Of a stretch of 64,000 nt of DNA, positions 27,887 through 40,092 are shown piece by piece. The notes under the pieces were generated by a model. The model did no database searches. It was given only the letters and a program-made list of their open reading frames with translations, and was not told where the DNA came from. The position numbers and the translations under genes are program-made. Source of the DNA: Octopus vulgaris (lineage: Eukaryota). The stretch covers positions 65,286,001 through 65,350,000 of the forward strand of contig OX597820.1 in the NCBI GenBank assembly GCA_951406725.2, read 5' to 3'. Within the stretch, counting starts at the first letter, position 1; each line of letters starts with the position of its first letter.

Positions 27887-28201
27887 TTGAATTTGGTGGT
27901 TGTAGTTGTTTAATTTGTCTATTATAAGTTTTCTTTAACTCATGGTTCATTCTAGTGTGTCTGGGTTTGGTTAGTCTTATCGTATGGTTTGGGATTCTAT
28001 TATCTAGGTTTCTGACATTATTTTTTTTTTGTAGTTATTGTGGTGTGGCAAGGTTTTTATGATGAATAGTATTATTATTAGTTGAGTTTTAAAAGTTATC
28101 ATTATTATTATATATACATGTGTGTGTGCTATTAAGTTAAATATGGCTTGGGTCAATACAGGCCGAAACCTATCAAAGTCCATATATATATACATATGCA
28201 T

Positions 28202-28306
<105 letters not shown>

Positions 28307-28547
28307 TACATATATATATATATATATAACAATAATAAATCTCTGAGCGAGGTATAAACAGTAACTGCTCTGTAATATAAGCGGGATCAGCCATCTGAAT
28401 GTGGCTAGGGACAGGGCGAGGTTGTGGGGGTGTTACTAATGAATTTAGCCTCAGGCGACTATAGACGACACCAGAAGAGCCGACACCATCACGGTGTCCT
28501 TGCTAGCCTGCAAAGGGAGATCAGCCTCCCCGAAGATACGGATGCTA

Positions 28548-28590
28548 CACACGGACCGGTTTCGAGGTAGTCGCCTCTCGTCAGCGCATG
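28548..28590 (-). ncRNA. Canonical type-I hammerhead ribozyme, monomer 1
   Basis: CAUGCG-CUGACGA-GAGG cgacua CCUC-GAAA-CCGG-UC|CGUGUG. All core nucleotides are canonical, with a GUC cleavage triplet. Confidence 0.9.
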
Positions 28591-28907
28591 GCAAGCACCG
28601 TTCTCCGTTGAGGGACTTCCTCTACAGGCTAGATATATATAGATTTTCACAGTAAACACAGTCACTGGCGTAGAAAATCTGTTCGATAACAATAATAAAT
28701 CTCTGAGCGAGGTATAAACAGTAACTGCTTTGTAATATAAGCGGGATCAGCCATCTGAATGTGGCTAGGGACAGGGCGGGGTTGTGGGGGTGTTACTGAT
28801 GCATTTAGCCCCAGGCGACTATAGGCGTCACCAGAAGAGCCGACACCATCACGGTGTCCTTGCTAGCCTGCAAAGGGAGATCAGCCTCTCTGAAGATACG
28901 GATGCTT

Positions 28908-28950
28908 CACACGGACCGGTTTCGAGGTAGTCGCCTCTAGTCAGCGCATG
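28908..28950 (-). ncRNA. Hammerhead, monomer 2 (G8U core mutation)
   Basis: Core reads CUGACUA. Confidence 0.75.
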
Positions 28951-29267
28951 GCAAGCACCGTTCTCCGTTGAGGGACCTCCTCTACAGGCTAGATATATAT
29001 AGATTTTCACAGTAAACACAGTCACTGGCGTAGAAAATCTGTTCGATAACAATAATAAATCTCTGAGCGAGGTATAAACAGTAACTGCTTTGTAATATAA
29101 GCGGGATCAGCCATCTGAATGTGGCTAGGGACAGGGCGGGGTTGTGGGGGTGTTACTGATGCATTTAGCCCCAGGCGACTATAGGCGTCACCAGAAGAGC
29201 CGACACCATCACGGTGTCCTTGCTAGCCTGCAAAGGGAGATCAGCCTCCCCGAAGATACGGATGCTA

Positions 29268-29310
29268 CACACGGACCAGTTTCGAGGTAGTCGCCTCTCG
29301 TCAGCGCATG
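29268..29310 (-). ncRNA. Hammerhead, monomer 3 (stem III palindrome changed to CUGG)
   Basis: CUGACGA..GAAA-CUGG-UC. Confidence 0.8.
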
Positions 29311-29627
29311 GCAAGCACCGTTCTCCGTTGAGGGACTTCCTCTACAGGCTAGATATATATAGATTTTCACAGTAAACACAGTCACTGGCGTAGAAAATCT
29401 GTTCGATAACAATAATAAATCTCTGAGCGAGGTATAAACAGTAACTGCTCTGTAATATAAGCGGAATCAGCCATCTGAATGTGGCTAGGGACAGGGCGGG
29501 GTTGTGGGGGTGTTACTGATGCATTTAGCCCCAGGCGACTATAGACGTCACCAGAAGAGCCGACACCATCACGGTGTCCTTGCTAGCCTGCAAAGGGAGA
29601 TCAGCCTCCCCGAAGATACGGATGCTA

Positions 29628-29670
29628 CACACGGACCGGTTTCGAGGTAGTCGCCTCTCGTCAGCGCATG
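29628..29670 (-). ncRNA. Canonical hammerhead, monomer 4
   Basis: Identical to the monomer 1 motif. Confidence 0.9.
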
Positions 29671-29835
29671 GCAAGCACTGTTCTCCGTTGAGGGACTTCC
29701 TCTTTGCAGGCTAGCAAGGACACCGTGATGGTGTCGGCTCTTCTGGTGACGTCTATAGTCGCCTGGGGCTAAATGCATCAGTAACACCCCCACAACCCCG
29801 CCCTGTCCCTAGCCACATTCAGATGGCTGATCCCG

Positions 29836-29881
<46 letters not shown>

Positions 29882-31841
29882 CATACGTATATATATATGG
29901 TGTGTGTATATGTGTATGTTTTAGTAGGTCAGGTCACAAAATATATACTATGTTTTTTTATATATATATAATAAACATAGCGTTGGTATTGTTAGTTGTG
30001 GTGATAGATCTATGTGTATATATTCTTTTCTACTCTAGGCACAAGGCCCAAAAATTTGTGGAGGGAGGCCAGTCGATTAGATCGCAACTGGTATCCCGAA
30101 AGGATGAAAGGCAAAGTCGACTTCGGGGGAGTTTGAACTCGGAATGTAAAATAACATAACCTAACAACATGACCTGTATTATTTCTACTGATTCTATCAC
30201 CGACCAGTCTTCGTAATGTTCCTAGGTGTGATATAAACAAAAGAGGAATATAATTCATTAATCCCGCCAAGATAACTTAATTGATAAATTAACTGCTTGG
30301 CTTGCCTTTGTATACATTCGTATGATTTCTCTATGGCTGACTGTTTATCCATCTTATCTATCATTTCCCTCATTCTCGCACCCACTTCCTCTTTCCACAC
30401 AGACAGACGTACGTACGCATACACACGCATGCACACTCATATACATTACATAGACAAAGACCTGCATACATATACAAACATATATAAATATGCTAATGAA
30501 TAAACAGGACAGCGAAGCCATTAAACTTCTAGGATTCGACTGCAAATGTCGATTATATCTTTTTTTTTTTTTTTAGTGTGTGAAGGAAATAATTAATGAA
30601 ATCAGTAGCTGCTGGAAAACGTAATCATTGCTCTACCTCCCACTGCGAAATAATGCTATTGCAAAAATTATACCCAACATCATCTAGAGATGAGACCTTG
30701 GATAAATATAAACAAAACCTGTTATTGAATAAATACATTCAGCACAAGGAATTTGGTGGAATATTCCCATCAGAATGTTTATACCAAGTGCAAACATAAC
30801 AAGCCTGATATAGTTATTTGGGACCCGGCTAATGTGAACAACTCGACCTGAAGCTACGAGAAGGAGAATATTTATCCTGCAACTCCTTAAACCCGATTAA
30901 TTAGTTCAGTTTTATACAAATACTTGTAAGTGCACTCGGTTATATTAATATAATTCTAAGCGAGATTCTTGAAAAGCTATGTACTAAATATATGCAAGAC
31001 TTTCCTAAAGTTCCACTTGTTGCGATTATCATCGTTGTTATCAAAATTACAATGTTGTAGATTTTATTTCTTACTTTGGAAACCAACTCTCTTCTCCTAT
31101 GAAGGATACTAATAAATATAAACTGTCGTTCTATGGTGTGTATAAGGATACATATTATAGACAGACGAAATAGCCTAAAGAGAACAGGAGACGCGAGGGA
31201 TGGAGAGTCGCAGAAGAGGTCACAGGACGTGTGAAGAAAGATTTCCAAGCAACAGACATAAATTAAGAACAATAAAAATAATACATATATATGTAAGGGA
31301 AAAACAACATACACGGACACATACACATGCGTAAATGTATGTACGCATAGCCAGGTGGTTTAAGACTTCGCTTCATATATACGAGGCCTCGGTTTCGATT
31401 CCATCCCGTAAATTCTGTATTATACCGAATGTTATTTCATATTCATGTGTTAAAGAAAGGAAGTGAACTGGCAGAATCGTTAACGCAGCCATCGAAATAT
31501 TTAACAACATTTCTTCGACTTTATAATTTCTAAATTTAAATTCCACCGCTATATCGAAATAAATTGGGAACAGTTCGATATTGCTGTCGATGTAATCAAC
31601 TAACCACCTCCCCCTAAGATTGTGCCAAAATTTGAAAGAAAATAATTATGGGTTACAGAAACACCACATATAGACAGCATAGCAAATATGATGTCGAAAT
31701 GTCCAACAGGATGCAAAGTTCAGAGAATCAGAGCTGTGAAAGAAACTATCTCTAATTAGGGCCCAAAGCGTACCGTATTCTTAAAATGTTGCTATTTTGC
31801 AATCCACAATACAGCACTCCTGGCCAGAAATCATGTGATTC

Positions 31842-31927
<86 letters not shown>

Positions 31928-32149
31928 AAGGCGGCGAGCTGGCAGAAACGTTAGCACGCCGGGCTAAATGCGTAGCCTTATTTCGTCTGCCGTTACGTTG
32001 TGAGTTCAAATTCCGCCGAGGTTGACTTTGCCTTTCATCCTTTCGGAGTCGATAAATTAAGTACCAGTTACGCACTGTGGTCGATGTAATCGACTTAATC
32101 TGTTCGTCTGTCCCCTCTATGTTTAGCCCCTTGTGGGTAATAAAGAAAT
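31928..32149 (+). mobile_element. SINE family B, full length, inside (TATC)n
   Basis: AAGGCGGCGAGCTGGCAGAAACGTTAG..GAGTTCAAATTCC (B box)..GCCTTTCATCCTTTCGGAGTCGATAAATTAAGTACCAG. Other copies lie at ~30030-30140, 31460-31630, 42641-42852 and 43888-44210. Confidence 0.85.
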
Positions 32150-32150
32150 A

Positions 32151-32205
<55 letters not shown>

Positions 32206-32310
32206 TTATTTATCTATCTTTGTATATGTATGTGTGCACGTACATATGTGTGTGTGTTCATATGAGCGCACACAAACACATATACAGAAATAGCTAGCTA
32301 GCTAGCTAGC

Positions 32311-32386
<76 letters not shown>

Positions 32387-33055
32387 CAGACAGAAAGATG
32401 GAGAAACGGACGTATGTGTGCAAGTGTGTGTGTGAGTGTGTGTGTGTACTTGACTGCATTTGTGTTTATTCTTCGAAAGTCAAATAATTTAAATCGTGTA
32501 CAAACATCATGTCACCATTACCGTATCTCCTAACCTGACCATTACTCAGATACATGTCTTGGAATCTAGTGTGGAAAATTCACTATTACAATGTCTGTCA
32601 TCGCTTTCATTCAGCCAAAGAGACAGCCTCAATACAGGAGTTTGATTGTCTGACGTTACCAGCTAAATCTCCTGTAAACAGTACCCAACCTTCTTAAGAT
32701 AACGTAAGCATAGATTACATTATGAATGAATAAAAGACATCACAGAAAGCGCTGCGGAACCAGTGCCTGACTGCTGACAAAATATCTTGATACTTATACC
32801 ACTGCCATCACCGTCATTAAATGCATGATCGTACCTTAGCTACGAGCTAAAAATACTAAAATACAATCACAATTAGCCGCCTCATCGCGCTTGTTCAGCC
32901 TGCAAGAAATAGAAGCCAAATAATAATCAAATCCCAATTCAACATTTTGATAAAGGACATAGTGGACAGCAGCATCAGCAAAATTATGAATACCAACGCG
33001 GCTATGATCCAACTGGGGAGATAGTAGACGATCGCGTGAATTGCTAGGAACACTT

Positions 33056-33263
33056 TCTATTATAGGCGCTAGGCCTGAAATTTTGGGAGAAGGGGGCCAG
33101 TCGATTACATCGACCCCAATACTCAACTGGTACTTAATTTATCGACCCCGAAAGGATGAAAGGCAAAATCGACCTCGGCGGAATTTGAACTCAGAACGTA
33201 GCGGTAGACGAAATGCCGCTAAGCATTTCGCCCGGCGTGCTAATGATTCTGCCAGCCCGCCGC
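33056..33263 (-). mobile_element. SINE family B
   Basis: Reverse complement of the family B head and body. Confidence 0.8.
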
Positions 33264-33923
33264 CTGAAAATTGCTAGAAATACCAACAGAATGCAGCCTC
33301 AAATCACTCCGCTAGTCAACAAATCGAAACCTATCCAGATGACCTAGAAATCAGCCTCTACAATTATAGGTTTTTATATAACTGTTAAAGAAATTAACTG
33401 TCTTCGTTCTTACCAGCAACAGAAGACGACAAATCCAAACATGCATAACAGCTCACTAAAATGAAGATTCCATATTTACAGGAGACAAAAAAATGGGAGT
33501 TAACCACTATACATCCACCTTATTCATTGTACACCTAGGAGAGTATATGAAACCTTATGGCGCAGCCGTTTTGGAGTTATTTTGACATCAGACGTTTTAA
33601 TGTCTCTCTCTCTCTATAAAATGGTTCTCTTGCTCTAGCTCTCCATTTCGCACATATATAAACATATTTCTCTAAGTGTATGATGAGCAGGGAAGTTTTA
33701 ATATTAAAAAATTGCAGCTTTACTCTCTCTCTCTCTCACTCTCTCTCTCTCTATTTATCTCTCTTTCTCTCTTTCCTTTTTTTCTCTCGAGTTCTCTCTC
33801 CCTCTAAGCATCTCTTTCGCATTGTGTGTGTACGTTTACCTCTAGTACTGTCACCAAAACAGATTGAAAACAACTAGCAGCGCCCAAACGTCTCACTCCA
33901 CCTAAAAGATATAATAAAAATAC

Positions 33924-34358
33924 ATAGGCGCAGGAGTGGCTGTGATAGGCGCAGGAGTGGCTGTGTGGTAAGTAGCTTGCTAACCAACCACATGGTTCCG
34001 GGTTCAGTCCCACTGCGTGGCATCTTGGGCAAGTGTCTTCTGCTATAGCCCGGGCCGACCAATGCCTTGTGAGTGGATTTGGTAGACGGAAACTGAAAGA
34101 AGCCTGTCGTGTATATGTATATAAATATATGTGTGTGTATTTGTGTGTCTGTGTTTGTCCCCCTAGCATTGCTTGACAACCGATGCTGGTGTGTTTACGT
34201 CCCCGTTACTTAGCGGTTCGGCCAAAGAGACCGACAGAATAAGTACTGGGTTTACAAAGAATAAGTCCCGGGGTCGATTTGCTCGACTAAAAGCGGTGCT
34301 CCAGCATGGCCACAGTCAAATGACTGAAACAAGTAAAAGAGTAAAGAGTAAAAGAGTA
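33924..34358 (+). mobile_element. SINE family A, full length, with a tandemly duplicated 21-nt head
   Basis: ATAGGCGCAGGAGTGGCTGTG occurs twice, followed by the normal body and (TAAAAGAG)n. Confidence 0.9.
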
Positions 34359-34924
34359 TATGTTGCATAAAAAGAATCCAAGTAATTATAGTTGCCAAAT
34401 TTGATTAAAACATATGAACAACAGTTGTGTACGAACGATAAATAAATTCCTGAAAGACAAACCTGGTCCTACTTCGGTCCCTCCATGAGGGAACACACAC
34501 CTGATACATACGTCACACTTAGACGTTAATTCTACAAGTAGGAATTCTGCTATATGAACAAATTGAATGCTCATCATAGAGACCGACGGAGAATCCATCC
34601 TTATCACCACGAACACGAACACCTCAACTGCTATCAATATCCCCACCACCATCACCACTAACAACAACGACAATTTTTAAGCGTACGGATACCCCGTTCA
34701 TTCCCCACCCCATGTGATAACATCAGAAAGTAATTGTCTTATCAGTTTCAACTAACTTTAATGTCTACAACGTAAACACTGTTAGATTAGATTCCACTAC
34801 AGTGTGATAAGGTGGGAGTGGATGTATATGCATGTATGCACGTATGTTTGCATGTATGTATGTATGTATGATTGCGTGCATGCATGTATTTATGTATATC
34901 TCTCTCTCTCTCCCCTCTTTCTCG

Positions 34925-35000
<76 letters not shown>

Positions 35001-35059
35001 TGTATGTGTATATATCAAACACGTGTGTGTGTGCACGCGTGGGTATTTGTATCTATATA

Positions 35060-35551
35060 CAGTTGCGGCCAAAATGTTCAGAACGGCATTGTTTTCGTCA
35101 GAAAAGTAAGTATAAGTTTTTATCAAAGTAGTTTTATATTCTATAATCTTCATAGACAATAAATACAATATTAATTGTTATTGTCTGAGATTCTGGTGTA
35201 ATTTGAGAGGATAATGCAAAAGTTATGGATGATTTAGTGATTTACTACAAAACCCATGGCGGCCAAAATGATCAGAACGGTTGCTTTTACTCCGTGTTTT
35301 AATATATTTAACCGGCGAACCCTAATGTTTTGAATTTGTTTACCTGAAGGTTCGTTTACTATACATTAGTAAGAATATTTGCAGTGTACTTTGTTAATAT
35401 CCTCTCAAATTACACCAAAATCTCAGGCAATAACAAATAATATCGTATTTATTCTCTGTGAAAATTATAGAATATAAAACAACTTTGATAAAAACTTATA
35501 CTTACTTTTCTGACGAAAACAATGCCGTTCTGCACATTTTGGCCGCCACTG
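35060..35551. mobile_element. Tc1/mariner-type MITE (IR/DR style), TA target
   Basis: TA|CAGTTGCGGCCAAAATG...CATTTTGGCCGCCACTG|TA, with ~150-bp imperfect TIRs and an internal direct repeat GGCGGCCAAAATGATCAGAACGG at ~35258. Confidence 0.85.
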
Positions 35552-35594
35552 TATATATATGTGTGTGTATGTGTGTGTGTGTGTATGTGTGTAA

Positions 35595-35638
<44 letters not shown>

Positions 35639-36194
35639 CCTTTTATTCTTTAACATGTTTCATCTATCAAATTCGCTCATAAGACTATGGTTGCAACGAG
35701 ACTGGAATACAAGACACTTGCCCAAGTTGCCATGCAGTGGAACTGAACATAAAATCATATGGTTGAGAAGCAAGCTTCTTACCACACACCCACGCCCGTA
35801 CGTGCATGCGTATGTTTTGGTATATATAAATTCAACAATATACAGAGCCAAATATTAATCCAGTAAGTAGACTGGTATTTCAAGTGGCATAGCACATTCA
35901 CTCGACGGTGCCAATAAAACGTAGAATAATATAGTGGGAAGGAGTCAATAGAAAAGTTAAAAGTAATTTTCTTAAATAGTTATCGCAGCTTTTCTCTTAA
36001 TCTTAATCTTTCCCTTATCAACAAACAAACAACGTTGTCCGTTGTTAATTTCTTTTCGTACTATTATGTCCCTGGTGGTTTAGTGATCTTCAAGTGCCGT
36101 GTTAAGATGACCTGCGCATAGTCCATAATTCATCAATATTTTAAATGCTACGTATAGGTCATAGTAACACGGCACTTTCAGATCAATATATCAA

Positions 36195-36266
<72 letters not shown>

Positions 36267-36429
36267 CATATATTTATACATACATATATATATACATACA
36301 TATATATACATGCATATATATACATATATATATACATATATATACATATATATATACATATATAGGTATACATATATATATATATATACATATATATACA
36401 TTCATATATGTACATATACATACATATTT

Positions 36430-37950
36430 ATCCTTAAATCCTTTAAAATGCTTCAGCCTGAAGGCTGCGGCCATGCTGGGGCACCACCGTTGAATGAGCT
36501 ACACTAGTATGTGAAACCACCTCTGAGACGTGGCACTTGATCAACAAGGGAGTTCGACGCCGCTGGCCGCATCTGTGTTTCCTGCCGAGAGGTAGGTTCA
36601 TCTGGAACCCCTGACAAGAAGAGATCCAGTTTACTTTTAAAGAAACCCACATCCACACCATGCAGGTCTCTCAGGCATTTAGGAAGGTTATTAAAGAGCT
36701 GTGGTTCCCTGAAACCCAAGCTGTTGTAGTATCTGGTCCTGTATTTTGATGGTGATGTTGGGATCTTTGGCATCATGCAGTGGCGCCCCGTTCTGCTGTT
36801 GGGGTAACTTTCAATGCCAACATTTGAGACAAGACCCTCTAGGATTTTCCAGATGTATATCACTGAATATCTCTCCCGCCTTCGCTCCAGGAAGAAGAGT
36901 TTTAATACTTTCAATCTTTCCCAGTAGCTGATATGTTGCATTGAGACGATCTTCTTGGTGCAGCTTCGTTGGATTGCTTCGAGTTCTGCTGTTAACTTAA
37001 TATTGTGTGATGACCATAGTTGGGCGCAGTAGTCCAAGTAAGTGGCTGAGGACGAATGTCTTCCAAAGGACCATCAATGTTTACTTCTCTCTTGTTCTGA
37101 AATTTCAGAGAATCCATCCAGCTAGCCGTCTGAATTTTATTACCAAATTAGTAATATGCACTTGGAAAGATGCTTCATTGCTCATGTCAATGCCCAGGTC
37201 ACGCACTGATTTTGACACAGGAATTAAATTCTTCCCGGGTCAGTGTATCCGGTCTGCATGTCGTTCACCTTTGTGTGCCGGTAGCGCTGGGCTTGGAACT
37301 TCCCTGCATTAAACTGCATGTTGTTGTCCTGAGCCCACCTGTATATTGTATCCAACTCTCGTTGCAGGTGTGCAACATTTCCAAGGTTTTGTATTGTGTG
37401 AGAGACTTTTGTGTCATCTGAATAGCTAGCAAGGGTGGCCATCTTAGCAACTGAGGGCATGTCTGAAAGGGCCACTATGAACAGCAGTGGCTCCAAGACA
37501 GTGCCCTATGAAACCCCGCTTGTTATTTGTGTTTTCTTGGAGGTGGCTCCATTGGCCACAACTGCCTGTCTTCTATCTTTTAGGAAGTTGTGCAGCCACT
37601 CTCCTGTTTTCCGCCTATGCCGAGATCACGCATTTGTGACAGATCATACCATGGTCGAATTTATCAACAGCTTTTGCAGAGTCGCGATATATTACATCAA
37701 CACTTGAGTCATTTAGTAGCAGTTTTAACACCCAGTCATAATGTTGCAGGAGCTGTGTTAGACAGCTTCTACCTGGTCGAAATCTATGCTGGGTGTCAGT
37801 CAGCAAATCATTTCCTTCAAGGAACATGATTAGTTTCTTGCGGACTATTCGTTCCATGACTTTGCTGATGTGTGAGGTCAGAGAGATAGGCCTATAATTT
37901 TTAGCATCTGCTCTGCTTCCTCCCTTATGGACAGGGTATATTATCGCTTC
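36430..37950 (-). mobile_element. 5'-truncated CR1-like LINE, same family as 16404-18378, with intact 3' tail
   Basis: NYRPISLTSH, QHRFRPGRSC, PLLFIVALSD, YSDD, DYCAQLWS and LERRRERY. The 3' end is GGTGCCCCAGCATGGCCGCAGCCTTCAGGCTGAAGCA(TTTAAGGA)n. Confidence 0.9.
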
Positions 37951-38525
37951 TTTCTTTTAATGTTTTGTTCTCACTGGCCTGGTTTTGTTACGACTATCAC
38001 CCTCCGCAAAAAATCTCAATTTTTAAAAAATTTGCTTTGCGGGAAGGATTGTTTTAACGAAGTCGCAGAATAGATAAAACAGGGGACAACTGATCAAGGC
38101 AATCTTGCCTATCTCATTTCTCTGTTTCTTTCTTTCTTTGTTCGAAAAAAAGTTCGTTTTCTAATTTTGCATACGTTTTTTTTTTATGTCCTGTACCCAT
38201 ATATATGCATGTATATATACATATATATATGTAGGTATATAAATATATGTATGTATATATGCATATATTTATATATATATATACTCTTTACTCTTTTACT
38301 CTTTTACTTGTTTCAGTCATTTGACTGCGGCCATGCTGGAGCACTGCCTTTAATCGAGCAACTCGACCCCGGGACTTATTCTTTTGTAAGCCCAGTACTT
38401 ATTCTATCGGTCTCTTTTGCTGAACCGTTAGGGGGGACAAACAGACACACAAAAACACACACGCATATATATATATATACGTATATATGACGGACTTCTT
38501 TCAGTTTCCGTCTACCAAATCCACT

Positions 38526-38561
<36 letters not shown>

Positions 38562-39880
38562 CGATTAAGGATACAGAAGATGGATTTGATGTTAGTGTTT
38601 ATTGTGTACGACGATCGTTTCTACCCAATCGATTATCATCTTAAATAACACCGCGAAATTCTTGAAGTAGATCTAACGGATATATATGCCAACTGCGAAT
38701 GACACCAGGTAGCCCGAACCGTGATAGTGTTTTACTCAACACATCAGCACACCAATTGACATATACCCATTAGTCTAAAGAATTGCACACACACGCGTGC
38801 GCACACAGACACACACAAGCACATACGCACTTAGCCATATACGCATTCACGCAGAGACACTCACGCTCAGATACATTGCTTGCTTTTATCGCACCCTGTT
38901 CTATGTGTTTCATTATCTCCCTTACGCACATGTACTCTTCATTATATATTTTTGTTTCCCCTCAATCACGCGGAAGCAAACTTCCTTTCTCGCTCTCACC
39001 GTAAACTCCTTAATCACGAAACCAAATCATTTTTTAACAATCTCTCAACCTTTAAATGTAACCACTCTCTCAGATCTTTTTGCTAAAACTATCGCTCTCA
39101 CTTATGTTTATCTCGACGCTTCAAACTCCTCTCTCGCTCAGATACTCTCCCCTTCACTCACTTTCACTTTCCACGCATAACCTCCGTCCTAACTCTCTCT
39201 CACTATCTTCCTCACACGTTCACACAGTCTACTTTTTCACCGCTACTCAATACAAAAAATTCGTTATCTTTGCAAATATCTGTGCGTGTCTCCTCCACTT
39301 GGTCTGAAGTAGATCAGATGACACTTCATAAAGGAGGAATGGACTGAGGCCCAAATGAATGTAGAAGAAGGGGAGGTAGTATGACTAGTGATAGTTGCTG
39401 TGTCGTTGTTGGTGGTGGTGTTGGTAACGAAGATGGCAGTAGCTGCAGTAATAGTATGTTTTTGGAGATGGTAGTCTCGATAGCAATAGGGGTAATAGAG
39501 GTGATGGTGCTATTGGCGCTGGTAGTGACACACACACACACATATATATATTTATATGAATAAATGAAAGAATGGAGTCGAACGATAACATAGGATAATT
39601 CATTCACCTACTTAAATATATATATTTATATGTATTTTTGGAAGCACTGATATTGAGAGTGGTGGTATAAGTATTGCTATAGCTTATGGGGGTGCTGCTA
39701 GGGTTGCCTTTGTCGTAGTAGTGCTCATTATGAATAAAATATGAGAAACATGGAAACAGGTGCATTCCTTGTGTACGGAAAGGTGTTTGAACTCTCTCTC
39801 ACACACACATACATACTCACGCACACAAACACTAAAAAACATACCTATGTATGTATGAATATATATATGTGTGTGTGTAG

Positions 39881-39913
<33 letters not shown>

Positions 39914-39992
39914 AATATATTGTATCTGTGTGTGTGTATATATATGATGGTCAATATACCTAATAGTAATTAATAATATGTTAGTACATTAC

Positions 39993-40092
<100 letters not shown>

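Larger units (their letters stand above)
28326..29842 (-). mobile_element. Retrozyme-like element: 360-bp monomer x ~3.8, one hammerhead per monomer, plus a ~140-bp inverted end, in (TA)n
   Basis: Exact 360-bp period (TGCTAGCCTG at 28501, 28861, 29221, 29581). 29703-29842 is the reverse complement of part of the monomer. (TA)n on both sides. Confidence 0.9.

Noticed and set aside
28326-29702. CRISPR array
   Set aside because: The units are full tandem copies with no unique spacers, the context is eukaryotic, and there are no cas genes.
28489-29793. Repeated 67-74 aa ORFs in the 360-bp array, or an endless ORF on a 360-nt circle
   Set aside because: The 67-aa ORFs start at TTG, show no recognisable domain and stop within each monomer. 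The track shows no frame spanning monomers.
35508-35530. CTGACGA in the MITE TIR as a hammerhead
   Set aside because: No stem II-GAAA-UH arrangement follows.
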